A DNA stretch of 64,000 bases from Toensbergia leucococca. Taxonomy: Eukaryota. The notes beneath the pieces are model-generated. The model saw nothing but the letters and a program-made list of their open reading frames with translations. It did no database searches and was not told the origin of the DNA. The position numbers and the translations under genes were made by a program. The stretch lies in the NCBI GenBank assembly GCA_022813965.1, contig JALDZS010000021.1:62001-126000 (forward strand), given 5' to 3'. This document shows, one piece after another, positions 36,460 through 50,000 of this stretch (positions are counted from its first letter, which is position 1; every line of letters begins with the position of its first letter).

Positions 36460-37612
36460 ATGGCAGTATCACTAGCAGGCAGGACCGCAATCGTCACCGG
36501 CGCCGGCTCAGGTATCCCTCCCCATGCCATTGTTCAACCTATCACCCTTTCTCTACCGCAAAACTTACCAAAACCCCAGGCATAAACCTCTCTTTTGCTC
36601 ACCTCCTCCTCAGCAAACGCTGTAATGTCATCTTCGCTGACCTTGCCCTTCGCCCCGAAGCCCAAGAGCTTGTATCCAGCCATTCCAGCGCCTCCCAGTC
36701 CCCCGCCAAGGCAGTCTTTCAGAAAACAGATGTCACCGATTGGCAGCAGCTCGAGCGCATGTTCCATGTTGCGGACAAGGAATTTGGCGGCGTGGATGTA
36801 GTTTGTCCCGGTGCAGGCGTGTATGAGCCCGTGAGTAGATATCCTTGTTTTCCCCACTCACGACACCACTCCTACCCCAACCAATCACACCGTTACAAAG
36901 AGGCAAAACTAACCAATCGTTCCTTCGCCAGGCCTGGTCTTCTTTCTGGAACCCGCCCGGCCATCCCCCGTCCACCGACTCCCCAAACTCCTCCCACTAC
37001 CGCATCCTGGACATAAATCTCACCCACCCCCTCCGCGCCACCCAACTCGCCCTCTCCCACTTTCTCTCCCCCCGCACCAAATCTCGTCATCCCGCCTCAC
37101 TGCACAATCCAAAATCAATCATCCACATCTCGAGCATAGCCGCCCAAGTAACCCCCCTCCCATTCCCCCTCTACAACGCCTCCAAATACGCCCTCTCCGG
37201 CTTCGTCCGCTCTCTCGCGCCTCTGGAAGCTCGCCTTGGGGTGCGCGTTACGGCTGTTGCGCCTGGGGTGATTCGGACGCCGCTGTGGACGGAGGATGCG
37301 GAGAAGAAGCGGCTGATTGTTGAGGGGGCGGATGAGTGGGTTGAGGCCGAGGAGGTGGCGAGGGTCATGGGTGCACTGGTTGAGGAGGCGGAGGTGGTGG
37401 TTGAGGGTGTTGGTGCTGGTGAGGGAGAGAAGAGGAGAGTCCGGGTTGAGGGGGGCATGATACTCGAGGTTGCGGCCAAGGGGCGGGTGAGGGTTGTGGA
37501 GCAGTTTGGGGATCCGGGACCGAGTGGGGCGGGGAATACGGTTGGGAGGATGGGGGTTGCGGAGGAGGAGGTTTTTGAGAAACTAGGGGGTGGGAGGTGG
37601 GGGAGGCAGTAA
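36460..37612 (+). CDS. Short-chain dehydrogenase/reductase (15-PGDH-like)
   Basis: Three exons. AIVTGAGSG|INL Rossmann motif, CPGAGVYEP, HISSIAA, YNASK (YxxxK), VAPGVIRTPLW. Confidence 0.92.
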
Positions 37613-37926
37613 GTCGTGAAGGAGGGGTGGTGGATTGACTGGACATCATTTTGGATACATCGACACCCGCCTGAAGAAAAACAAATCTACTGTATTGAAA
37701 TTTGAAAAACACCGATAAGATAAAAATTAAAGTGTACCTAGATACATTCGAAAAAAATTCCGTATTTTTTCTTTCTATTTATTTCCAACTCGTTCTAGGG
37801 AAGAACCCGCACCCCACAAGAAAAAAGAGATCGATACATAAGATAGAATTTCCTCCCATGTCTTTTCCCCCCCCAACACAAAAAACACATTCCCTCTCAT
37901 CCCTACCAGCCAAAAAAAATGAAACC

Positions 37927-40113
37927 CTAGACCTCCCTCTCCCCGCCGCCCTTCCCCCTCCTAAAAAACAAATCCCCACCCACACCCCCAACAATCCCCC
38001 TCAAAGCCCCCCAGCTCTCACAAATGGGCCAAACAACACAAATGCCCATGCTGACCCACACCCACAAAAAGCTCACAACCACCCATCCCGTGAAAAAACT
38101 CTTGCTGTAAATATAATCGGTGCCAAAGAGCGTGAATGGCACCAAGATGATAGCGATGGCGAGGAAGATTGCGTTGGCGGTCCAGGCGAGCCGTTCGCCT
38201 TTTTTGACAAGGACGGGGTCCATGGGGGTGAGATTTGTGTCTGAGGTAAGGAAGTCGATGACGTCGTTGCCGGTGCTGGTAGTGGAGGTCGTGGGGGCTG
38301 GGTTTTTTTCGGTAGGAGAGGGGGAGGAGGAAGCGGTGGTAGGGGTGGTCTCGAGGGGAGCGATGCCGTTGATTTTGTTGGCGCGGGCTGTATGTTCTGG
38401 GGAAGTTGAGGAGAATTTTTGGGGAAAGAGGAGGGTGAGGAGAGTGGCTGTTAGGACGCCGCTGGCCCAGCTCGTAATGTTGCCTGCCACGGCGTTGGTG
38501 GCATCACCAGTCGTTGTTATGGAGATGCTGCCGCTGCGTTTGCTGGTTGTGACGAACCTTTTTTAGTGTGGGTTGGTTAGTGAATGTTTTTCGTGCGGAG
38601 GGAGAGAGGATTGGTTAGGAGGGACGAACCAGGCGATGAGGCCAAGTACGAGGGAGATCCAAGGGGAGCAGATGGTGGCGATCGTGCTCATGCGAGGCCA
38701 GAGAAGGACAAGGCCTACCGGGACGGAGGCGCCGCCTACCATGACGCCGAGGACAGTGAGGAGCCAGGTTAGGTTGACGTTGACCGCGTTGAGGATGCAG
38801 CAGAAGACGGCGAGGACGAGGGCGTAGATGATGATACCGAAGTGGGAAATTCGAACGAGTTGGTGGGAGGTTGCCGAGGGGTTGATGTAGGTTTTATAGA
38901 TGTCGAAGGTTAGGAGGCTTGAGACTGCGATTAGCTCAGCCGAGGTAGATGAGGTCACGGCCATGAAGAGGAGAAGTAACATTAGCCCTGCTCCACCTTT
39001 ACCAAGAAGTGCAATGGCTGTGGCAGGGGATGAGAGCCCGGCACCGTTTTGGGCTGCCGAGAGGGGGTTTGGATAGGTTGGGAAGCTTGGAGAAGAGGTT
39101 AGGGCTGCGCAGCCGAGGCCCATGGCTGTTGCGAAGCCAAAGGGAATGCCGTACCATGCTATCCCTCCAAGGAGATATGCTTTGATGCTGGTCTCAGGAC
39201 GAGAGGCGATGGCGCGCTGCCAGTAGGCTTGATCTAGCCATACGGTAGTGAATCCAGCTACAAGGAGGTCGATTGCAAAGACGAGGCCATTGACGGATTT
39301 GAAGGTCAGATAGGAACCCTTGTAGTTCTTCGGGATAGGCATCTTCTCTGAGGCTTCCATAAGGAGGTCATAGAAGCGGCCAGGGCTAGATCGGAGTGTC
39401 AATTACATGATGACAGCGCAGAGGGTAAAACAAATCACATACCTGCCCACAACATCGCTAGTGGCATAAATGGTAAAGCCAAACACGAAAATAGTTATAA
39501 ACAGGATTACAGTATGCGTGTAATCAGCAATGAAAGTGCTTCGCAAGCCGCCAACAATAACATATGCAGCAACGACCAAAGGTATCAAAAAGCAAGCCGC
39601 ATAAACATTCATGCCGCTCAACGCTCCAACAACTTGACTTCCGCCTAGAACCAAGCAAGCGCCCACGAGCATGTTTGTTGCAAGACCATTGAATAAATAC
39701 GTAGCATGGGCAATCTTCCCATGCCTCGCCAGGACAATCTCGGGAAAGGTATGAGCACCTGGAGCATTCGCTTTTATTTTTATGGCAATCAAAGAGAATA
39801 GCAAGATTTGAAAGGATCCCATAGCGCCATACCACATCGGACCACATATGCCGTAGGAATAGGCAAATGTCGATGAGGTTAGCAAAGTGGCACTCCACGT
39901 CCACGACGAGACTATTCCGGCGGCGATCAAGCCTGGCTTGACACTGCGAGAAGCCGTATTAAATTCCTCTGCTTGACTGGTTGAGTAAGTAGTGTAGCGG
40001 TTCTGTAGATAGGTGATGGCTAGCATCAAAATGGCAAAGAAGCCGCCAATGCCTATGACTATGCCATAGCCTACGCCGGCCGGTAGGACTTGGATGCCGC
40101 TTGTTGTAGACAT
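37927..40113 (-). CDS. Sodium:solute symporter, urea/polyamine transporter (Dur3-like)
   Basis: Three exons with many transmembrane segments. EEFNTASRSVKPGLIAAGIVSSWTWSATLL, GGLRSTFIADY, DQAYWQRAIAS, FMAVTSSTSAELIAVSS. Confidence 0.93.
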
Positions 40114-40997
40114 GTCGATATTTGGAGATGGGTGTTCAAGACAATTCTAGCACTGGATTGGGACACACTGTACGAAGTATAGACATGAAGAGATGGTAAA
40201 GCAGCTAGCGGGAAGAGGCATGATAGAGAGGATTATCAGAAAAGCTGATAGATGATCGAATGCATGGATGGAATAATCAATCAATGCAGCATCATGCGAG
40301 GGTCGTGTTGGTTCCACCATGTTGCCTCTTTCAGAAGGTGCTGTGAGGGATCAGATACTGCTATCGGCTCATTGCTGTCCAGTGAAATGACGACGCTCGC
40401 TGCATGATATTGTACTTGATAGGTGCCCAGACTCCCAGAGAGGTCGAGGGGTATTGCAGTCTTACAGATTTACTGATTGATAACCGCACTAACCCTGCTA
40501 GGCTGAGATATGGGAGATATGAGAGATATGAGACGTATGATGACACGCGCATCAGAAACAATCTACTGCGGAAAGACATTCCTCAACTGCAGCTTCTTCT
40601 ACCTTGCTCTTTCTCATTCAAGACTTTTTCTCTGGCCACATTGATGCTACATGATACATGGTAAAAGCTGAATGACATTTATGCTAAAAGTTTCGTGATA
40701 GCTAAAGTAGGTACATAAGCCGTAATGCTAGAACCATAGATGGTGATAATAATCCGAGCCCCTGCCCTGCAAATAGCAAAGTATTGCCACGCCTAGTTGT
40801 CATGCTCTGATGAGTCTAACAGCAAATCTCAAATCATCATGCTCGTTATCACGTAGAAGCAGAATCGCCAAAAAAGCAAAGGCACTCAATTCAGAGAGTA
40901 GCCTGATAGCACATGTGCCAAAGTGCAGAGTAGCAAAGAAACAGTAGCCTGGAAGTAGCCTGACTAGCAATATCGCACGCAAACGTTCAACAGTAGT

Positions 40998-43900
40998 TCA
41001 ATTGCTTTTCTCAAGTGTTAGAGCATCACTGAAAGGAATGCTGACGTCTTGTAGATCCTCAGAGGGAAAGTGGACGCCATGATCATCGCCATCGCCATTT
41101 TCAACCATCGTGGCAGAAGTATTGAATAGCACGTCAGTCGCAGGGGCTTCGACCAGCGTCAAATTCATGACAGAAAGACTCCCGTCTAAAGGGTTGGGAG
41201 AGGAAACCTTGGCGACAGGGGAATTCATAGATGGACCGACTTGTGAGCTTGGAAATGTGACGGAGTCACCGGTCAAAGAGCCGGCGACATCCAGATCTCC
41301 ATCATACAGGTCTTCAGGATTGGTGACAAAGTCACCTCTCCAGCGATTTTCAGGCTCAATTTTATTTGGGCACACAAAGCGGCATGTGAGGGCAAATCTC
41401 AACGTTCCCTTAGGTACGACTGAGTGCTATAGGGGGTTAGTAGCTGTGCAGCAAGTATCTGAGCCCAAGTACTTACTTCAAAATATTTCTGAAACTCACT
41501 ACCATGCATGACGACCAAGTCGCCATGGCCTAGCACCATTTTGATGGCTACGGGAGCCTCACCAACCACGGGAAATTTCTGGTAATGCGCTTTGACGGCG
41601 GCATCGAATTCTGCCTTGGTTGAATGATGGAACTTGGCATTTAGGCGGATACGTTGATCGTAGGCTTTGCAGCCTTTTAAGACAGGTTCCTTGTGATTGT
41701 ACGGCGATTCCTTCTTAGCTTTCCCATGATAATATCGTTTTTTCATGCGGAACATCATAGTGGCAGTGGACCCCAGCGAAAGACTTGCTACAGTGGGTCC
41801 CAATTGTTCCTCACCATCGTCATGATACTAGTATAAATCAGCTTTAGTAGATTATCAACCTTATGATTAGGTTGTGGAATGCACATACGTCGATTTTCTG
41901 GTCCTCGAAGTACCCGATGATCAATTCCTCGTTGAATCCAGTGAAAGGCTCATCCTGGATAGTCTGCCGAGCAGCCCAGGACAGGCGCTGAAGGACGTTC
42001 ATCACAGGCTTTGGGGCCTCTTCGAAGCTCTTGGAACCTACCTTAACCGCATACTTGTAAGGCATACCCTAGGATATGTTTAGTGGATGAAGAATGAACA
42101 GTCCGAAATCCAGCCGGTACTTACGTAGTTTATAGCGAAATGCTGTGATAAGCATTTTCCTTGAACTGATTTACGGGTAAGCACTTGTAGCTCTCAAAGA
42201 TCCAGATGACTTACCCTGACTACTCTCCATTGGAAATCTCTGCAGGCCTAGATCCAACTCCTGAAACTTCTTAAAAAGCTCGTCAGGCCCTCCAGGCTTC
42301 CGATTGATGACATTATTTGAGAAGAAATGGGTGGCAAAGTTGCCCGGATGCAAATCGTAGGTATGCACGCGCCAGTTGCCTGAAAATTGTGGCGGTCGCG
42401 TTGTGAGGAGTCCATCATGTAAGTCCAGGGGCAGAGCATGTCCGTCGTATGGAACGTGGTGGCCGTTGAATACAGATCGTGGAGAAAGCACAGACTTGTG
42501 CATCTTCAGCTTGAAACTACAGCCTTCTGTCTCACAGCTCCATGCATCCCATAACGCTCGTGAGTTGCACCGCCCACAAGCAGGACATACTACGCCCTTC
42601 CAGCACACACGGCTGACTGCGAACCCAGGATCTTCTCCTGAATCGGCCGCCAAAGGTGCGGGCTTGAGGACATATGGTGGCTTGATATACGCTGGCCACT
42701 GATTGCGCTCATTAAGAAAGAAAGGATTGTGAGTCATCATATCTTTATCGGTCAACTCACGATCGCCGAGCTTCCAGAAATTCGTGCAACGTTCGTCAAG
42801 GCAGACCCAGCCCAGCTCAAAAACTTGAATACTCTCTTGTTCGCAAGTGTCGCAAACTTTCCTCATGGCCTTCGTAACGTAACCGTGGTTGACATAGGTC
42901 TTTGGTGAACCTTCAGGGCTCCACCAGCTTGGGGTTGCACGGTCAATTTTCTCAAAGCGCATGTAGTAGACTATCTTGTGGTTACTCTTCTCAGCCCATA
43001 TGTTGGTGACATGAAACCAATCCATCACGCAATATCGATGTGGAATCACAGATGGACAGTTTTCATTAAGCTGACCTGCAAGGACGTTACTTACGCGTCA
43101 TCTATGTCTGCGAGCAGAGGAGGGAGACCAACCAACGATAAGACCTACTGGAATTAAATTCTGCTTGTTGTTGATGTAGCATCGATTTCTGAAAGAAATG
43201 GGACTCTGATCTTGTGTTTGCTTCATTTCTCCATTCTCGTCCTTGGTACAGCCGCCTCCGCTACATCGCGATTCAGCTTGTTCTGCATACAGAAAAAGTA
43301 AGCGTCTTACCTTCGAGTGATAACAACTTCCTCGTCCATGTATCCTCGAGTACCGGGAGCTTTATCGAGAAGGAACCCATAGCAAACGTCATGGTTTGTG
43401 TATGCTGCACATTGATAAGCTCGATACCAAGGTAATGCCTCGCACAAGGCTTGGCGTCCCTGCAAATTGGTCAGTAAGGACTGTTGTGCAACATTGTGGG
43501 GGTAAAACTACCTCTGCCCATACAAGCGGTGTTCCGCAGCACAGTGGTCGAGTCTCTGTTTTCACTACCGTTGATTTGGTTCTCTTTTTGGTAGTCTTAG
43601 ACTGGACTGTTAGTTCTTGGGTAGAAAGCAGCGTATCAGTTGCCAGACTAGACGTTGCGAACGGTGCTGCAACATCCTCTTGCATAGATTCATCAAGTTC
43701 AAAGTCCACATCCTGATTATCCTGGTTCTCATGCTCAGTAATCCCGACATCCTCCTCTTGAAATTCGACAGGCTCAAAGTCTACATCCTGATCATCACGA
43801 TGATCCTCGTACTCAGTAATCTCGACATCCTCTTCTTGAGGCTCGACAGGCACAAAGTCCACATCTTGACGATCATGACTCTCTTCGTGGTCCCTAGTTT

Positions 43901-44195
43901 CGAGATTTTCCTCTTGAGACTTGATATCTAGATTGGGCTTTTTTCTTGGAGATTTATTCTTCAGAGAATGCTTGCCTAGATTTTTACGCTTCAAGGATTT
44001 GACAGCTTTTTTTATTGGCGTTACTGCTAGATCTGGTGCTTGCTTTGGGCGAACGGTTGACAACTTTGGAATCACCATTTCATGCGAAATGTCTATTCCT
44101 TTCGTGGCTAAACGAGTCGAACGTCGAACTTTGCCTTGGGCATGAATAGCCATCAGGTCTAGGTCGTGCATATGCTGTTCAGATATCGATGACAT
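40998..44195 (-). CDS. Fungal AlkB-type 2OG-Fe(II) dioxygenase with upstream SRA/SAD-like and Cys-cluster regions
   Basis: Multi-exon. YHDDGE (HxD), PTVASLSLGS, LGHGDLVVMHG, EHSV and RFALTCR. Cys clusters CDTC..WVCLDERC and CPACGRC..WSCETEGC. Acidic 26-aa repeat in the N-terminal region. Confidence 0.8.
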
Positions 44196-44970
44196 GTCGG
44201 CTGAACGAAGGAGTATTAGCTGAAGGTGGCGTGAATTTCAATCAAAGAAGATGAAAAGGAATTGCGCGGTGATGAAAGTGAGAAACGTCAAGTGAGGTGG
44301 CTTTGACGCCTGATGTAAGAGGATCGCAATGAGCATATGAAGCATCCAGCATGAAGGTGATAGGGTGATGATATTTTGAAATCTCAATTGCGAAAAAATG
44401 AAAGGTACAGCTTGACATCCGAGGCAAAAGTGTAGTGGAGGTGACCGTTAATTGTGTGCCAGTGCTGATGAGGGTTGGCCAAGTGAGACTTACATTGTTA
44501 AAGGGGTGAACCAGTCTCATCGACCAGTGTCGCAATTTGGGGAGGAAAACGTGAAATTGATGCGGGATTGACAACGAAGAGACACAGATTGACTTTTGAT
44601 GGAAGAGGAAAGCACATATGTCAATATCAAGTCGAAGAGCTGTGCTCAAGGACTACAAGTGCTTGTGATGCTGCTCACAATGCACTGTACTGATCCTGAG
44701 AGCAGAGGATCAAAAGGTAGGAAGAGTAGGAAGAGGAAGGTGAGGTAGGAACGAAGACAAAGTCGGGGGAAGTGAGCACTATAAGTATCTGGTCAGACAC
44801 CGTGAATGGTGACTTTTTCACTTAGTCCGTCCGTGAATTGTGGTAGACCTTGAACCACGTGGCAAATGAATGCAATGGCGGCCCTTCTAGGGGGCTGCTA
44901 GGGTGAAGAGACGGTGTGAAGATCTATGTAGCGCTGGAGAATGAGATGCCTAGTGCCTCCGGTCGGGAAT

Positions 44971-46521
44971 TCAACTTCGCCTTCTGACACCGTTGCAGGC
45001 TACCGAGTACCAATGACTTTGGAAGATTGAGTATACCTCGAGCCACGAAGCAGTCAACTCGGTGGGACCCTTCCTAGATATGTCCCTTGGCTTCGAATCC
45101 AGACTGGGTTGTAGCAATGGACGACGAGCTTCGAACAAAGAGACTAGCTTAGAAATACCGAGGTGCAGTACTTCGATGATAGACGGCAAGGGATAGACGA
45201 AAGAAAAAAAAATTCTTATAGATGTTAACTTACTCGAATGTGTATTCTGCTGAGTGGAATCGACTTGATGTGTAGGTTGTTGTGTCGATTGCACCTGGGG
45301 AGATGCTATGATACTTGGAGGGTGAGGGCAATCTCGTCCTGTCGAGGGTAAGGTATCCAATTTATTTTGTTGCTTGTTTTGATACTGATGGAAAGACCCT
45401 CGAAAGTCCAATGCCGCATCCTGCTGTCCAGAAAGGTCGGTTTTATTTATATCTTGAATGAATTGGGCTGGTAGCATGGCTGGTGGCAATTTGCTATACG
45501 CTCCTATAAGGCTAGGTGTGGGACCTAAAGGAGGAACATGTTGTGCTGATACTGACACTGCTGGGTAGAGATCTTGCTTGGAAGACAACTCACGTTGCTT
45601 CGGGCTATATGGAGATTCATACACTGCCTTTGGCCATTCAGTGCCGAGAAAGGATAGACTTGATCCGACTATACACTGGTCTTTTGATATAATGAGGTCA
45701 GGGGTCGTGAAGTTTCCATCCTTCTGGATATAGTCAGGCTGATCGTTACCGGTCGCAATCGTTCCGGAAAAGCAAGTCGACTCATCGCATACGTGGCTTT
45801 GCGAGTCTCTACTTATCTCTTCTCTTTCGGTTTTGTTGATGCTCTGAGGAACCCCAGATATATGCCCATATGACCTCGAGTGTGGTACATGTTGAACCGC
45901 CGGGGGGGTTTGGTCACTGGATGGCTCTGGATAGCACACAAGCATCTCTATCGCAGAGGGGCCATGGACAGATGGATCATCCTGAGTTGGGAACACAAGG
46001 CTTTCACTCGAAATTAAGCTCATTTGTGTTGTCTGGTCTTGCCTACCAATTAAAATTGTCAACTCTCCAGCATCGATCTTGGCTCCCTGATTCTTCTCAC
46101 GCGGAAGTGAACGCTGAGAACAACCTACGATCTCACAAGATTCTTCACGCGTTTCATCAGGGAGCGACATTGACCGTGGGAGAGGGTCTAGGATATTAGG
46201 CTCCCCCATATGCTTTAATTGGCCATTGAAATCGGAAGAGCATATATTCGAGAGATCTTCTGACAGCAGCCCAGTATGGTCGTTACGATTTGGATCTGGG
46301 TACAGTGCAGCTGTGCGGCCAAGTCCGGCAACTTTCAGATAGCTATGGGTAGAAGCGCAGAGCAATCCTGGAGTGGAGACATTGACTCTCTCGACTCCGT
46401 CCAATGCTGCAGCAGCCCGGCGAGGTGGAAGAAGCTTTTCAAGAGCAGGTGTCCTGCCGTCCCTGTTCATGGTTTTGGATGTTCTGCCGAAAGTCACGAG
46501 AAAACTGCTTCTCCGGTACAC
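44971..46521 (-). CDS. Hypothetical low-complexity protein (true start/end and splicing uncertain)
   Basis: 1.55-kb stop-free frame rich in S/P/Q/D with no recognisable domain. The ORF begins at GTG, so there may be an upstream exon. Confidence 0.4.
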   Translation of the reverse strand: MYRRSSFLVTFGRTSKTMNRDGRTPALEKLLPPRRAAAALDGVERVNVSTPGLLCASTHSYLKVAGLGRTAALYPDPNRNDHTGLLSEDLSNICSSDFNGQLKHMGEPNILDPLPRSMSLPDETREESCEIVGCSQRSLPREKNQGAKIDAGELTILIGRQDQTTQMSLISSESLVFPTQDDPSVHGPSAIEMLVCYPEPSSDQTPPAVQHVPHSRSYGHISGVPQSINKTEREEISRDSQSHVCDESTCFSGTIATGNDQPDYIQKDGNFTTPDLIISKDQCIVGSSLSFLGTEWPKAVYESPYSPKQRELSSKQDLYPAVSVSAQHVPPLGPTPSLIGAYSKLPPAMLPAQFIQDINKTDLSGQQDAALDFRGSFHQYQNKQQNKLDTLPSTGRDCPHPPSIIASPQVQSTQQPTHQVDSTQQNTHSSKLTSIRIFFSFVYPLPSIIEVLHLGISKLVSLFEARRPLLQPSLDSKPRDISRKGPTELTASWLEVYSIFQSHWYSVACNGVRRRS

Positions 46522-47310
46522 AGACTGCAGTAATGGTCTGAGCCAGAATTGATACTGTCTTGGCCGAGGTCATTCTTCAAGAATTTCTCTCCGTGCTTTG
46601 ATCGAAGAGACTCAATGTTTGATCGACTTGGGTTGTTCCCTGTGGCGCTCTTCTATAGGCAGTGTTGACACGATGCCGAAGCTTGTTCAGAAGCGTTTGG
46701 GATTAGATGAGTGACTGTTGAGTGGTTCCAATATTGATGTTCTACTGGTACTTCTGTACCTTACTGGTCTCCCCAGTCTACTGGCTCCAGGCTCCAGGGT
46801 ACTGGCTCCTTCCCGCGCCCTGATCCTTGGATGCACCTAGCCCAAGAGTAATGCATGAAATTGCATGAGACTTCGAAATTGAGGTCATTTTATCGATACT
46901 GGAATATCCATTCAACGTCAGTACGGCCTCGTTGCGGTATTTGGCCTCACATAGGTACGGTTGCCCATGGAATCCTGGATCAAAGGATTGAGGGAAGCTG
47001 TCCCAGAATGCGAGACTTCAGCCGCCGATGACACACAAGCTCCAGTGTGCTCGGGATGATCTCTCAAAGACAATGTAAAGATTTGGAATCAGATGTAGTA
47101 TCTGATTGTCGTATCGCCATCATCATTCAAGGATTACCATTGCCGTCTTATCTCCAGGTTGGGGATCGGCAACATGTGTGGCTGGTTCTGGTGCTTCCCC
47201 GCAATGGGAATCCGGAGCAATGATGTACGACCGAATGACCCAGTCACAGTCTCGCGAGGCAGCTATTTCGCCTTTGATCCTCGATACACAGACCATCCAC
47301 GTTCTTCGAG

Positions 47311-49415
47311 ATGGTGTTCACTGCTCCGGAATGGGTGCCAGAGCTACCCATGGATCCACCCGACTCCATACCCATCTGCCACTTCATGCTCGATCCTATC
47401 TACGGCCGCCATCCCGTGGAGCAGTCAAGACCACCCTTTACTTGTGGATTGACCGGCGTCGAATATTCAGCCTCCCAGGTTTGTGACCGTGTTGAGAACC
47501 TTGCAAAAGGCTTGTCAAAGGAGCTTGGCTGGAATCCGAATCAAGGCACGGAATGGGACAAAGTCATTGGTGTATTCGCCATCAACACGGTACGCTCCTT
47601 GACAGAAAAGCAATAGCGAGGTCATATAAAACGGTGCTAAGGACGTCGTGGTTTAGATCGACACGCTCACTCTTGCATGGGCCACTCATCGACTGTCTGG
47701 CATATCCTCGCCGGCCAATGCAACCTACTCCGTCGCTGAACTAGTGCATCAGTTGAAGTCTTCCGGTACTAAAGCTCTATTTACATGTCTTCCCTTGTTA
47801 CCTGCAGCGTTAGAAGCTGCCGAGCAGTCAGAAATTCCAAAGAATCGTATCTTCCTTTTGTCTGTGCCGAAAGAACTCACTGGAGGCCATGCCTATCCAA
47901 GAGAATTCAAGACGGTAGATCAATTGATCAAAGACGGGGAGAAGCTGCCTCAATTAGACGATCTTAAATGGGAAAAAGGCCAGGGTGCACGGCAAACTGC
48001 ATTCCTCTGTTATTCAAGTGGTACTTCCGGTTTGCCGGTACAAATATCATCAGGCCTAGTCCAAACATTGACCAACGTGCCACTGACTATCTCTAGAAAG
48101 GGGTTATGATCTCCCATCGAAATGTTATCGCCAATGTTTTACAAGTTGTCACGTTTGAGAAGCCGTACAGAGATTTGCTGAAACGACCGGGAAACCCAGA
48201 CGACATCACCGATGTAGCGTTAGGTTTGCTACCGCAAAGTCACATCTACTCATTGGTCGTCATTTGCCATGCCGCAGGGTATAGAGGTGATCAGGTGGTC
48301 AATCTCCCAAAATTCGAACTGGGGTTATTCTTGAATGCTATACAGAGATTTAAGATTCGCATGCTATACCTGGTATGTTTGTTGTCATCGACATATTTCC
48401 TGATGGCTACCAAAGCTTTTGTCCTGTGGAGACAAACTTGATCCCTCCCTCCGGACACTGACATATCTCTAAATTAGGTTCCACCCCTTATAATAGCCAT
48501 GACCAAGAACAAGGCAACATGCGACAAGTATGATCTTAGCACCGTCAGCTCCATCTTTACAGGAGCCGCTCCTTTAGGTCAGGAAACAGCAATCGAGCTA
48601 CAGGAACAGTATCCCACCTGGAAAATAAGACAAGGTTACGGTATAATCGACTCTGATGCAATTTCCGTCCAGCATCTCGCTAAACAGACCACAGGTCTCA
48701 CCGAAACCAGCACCGTCGTCTGCTCCAGTCCCAACGACGACATTTGGTTCGGATCATCCGGGTCTCTACTTCCGAGAACTGAGGCTCGCATTGTAACGAT
48801 AGAAGGCAACGAAATCACCGGGTACGACCAAGCAGGCGAACTTCTCGTTCGCTCACCTAGTGTAGTCTTAGGCTACTTGAATAATGATGCAGCCAATAAA
48901 GAGACCTTCCAAGACGGCTGGATGCGCACCGGAGACGAAGCAGTCGTCAAAATAGGACCCAAGGGGACAGAACACATATGGATCGTCGACCGTATCAAAG
49001 AACTAATCAAAGTCAAAGTAAGCCGCCCTCCATCCTCAGACTTTTCTTCTTGAAAGTAACCTTTTTCCACTCCTCAAAGGGTCTCCAAGTAGCCCCCGCC
49101 GAACTCGAAGCCCACCTTCTATCACACCCTTCGGTCGCCGATGCCGCCGTCATCCCCGTCGCCGACCCTGCAGCCGGCGAACTCCCTAAAGCCTTTGTCG
49201 TCAAGTCAGCTTCGGTCGGACTCGAAGATAACGACCGCATGCTCAAGAGGGAGATTCAGAAACATGTCGAGCAGCACAAGGCGCGGCATAAGTGGCTGAA
49301 GGGCGGGGTGGAGTTTGTGGATGTCATTCCGAAGAGCGCAAGCGGGAAGATTTTGAGAAGGTTGTTGAGGGATAAGGAGAGGGAGGCGAGGAGGCTGCAG
49401 GGACCGAAGCTGTGA
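47311..49415 (+). CDS. 4-coumarate/phenylacetyl-CoA ligase-like AMP-binding enzyme, probably peroxisomal
   Basis: Multi-exon. YSSGTSGLP|KG, QGYG|LTET, GELLVRSPSV, WMRTGD, VDRIKELIKVK, PKSASGKILRR. Ends in PKL (PTS1-like). Confidence 0.93.
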
Positions 49416-50000
49416 GTTGGGGATGGGAAGGGGGTGGGGTGTTGGCTCTCTTTGGATGGATGGGCGGGTTGATTGGATAGGGGAAGGGGTTTCATGGATG
49501 TTGATGAGATGATGGATTGGATGACTCGGGACTTTGGATATTCGTGTGGGCACCAACGCATCTATCAGAGTTGGCGAGACCGAAAGAGATTTACTCTAGC
49601 ATATACTTTTATGATCGAATACCAATTAGATATCCATCGTGTTGACCTACGCTTGCTCTAGAACCTTGCCTGAGATTTTACGGGTTAAGGGGGTTGAAGT
49701 TAGGGATTCTGTTGTTTTGGCTGTTGCAGTGATTTTGATTGAAACGAGGTCTCTTGGTGAACACTACTCGAGTATCTTCTTTTTATTTTTTTTTAATTTT
49801 TTTTTTTTGGAAAAACAAAGGTCTGTTCGATGCTATTTACATTGACACAAAATCCTCTTACCTATTTCCTTTTAGAAGAAAGGCCTTCAATCCCCAAAAA
49901 CTACATCTATCCATTCATTCCAAATAGCCCACTACATTCATCACCAATCTACACACCATTTAACCAACAAACAGATTTCCCCCCCCCACAAACAAAAACC

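Noticed and set aside
36460..49415. Secondary-metabolite cluster (SDR, transporter, dioxygenase, CoA ligase)
   Set aside because: No PKS/NRPS/terpene backbone or cluster regulator; the genes look like unrelated housekeeping functions.
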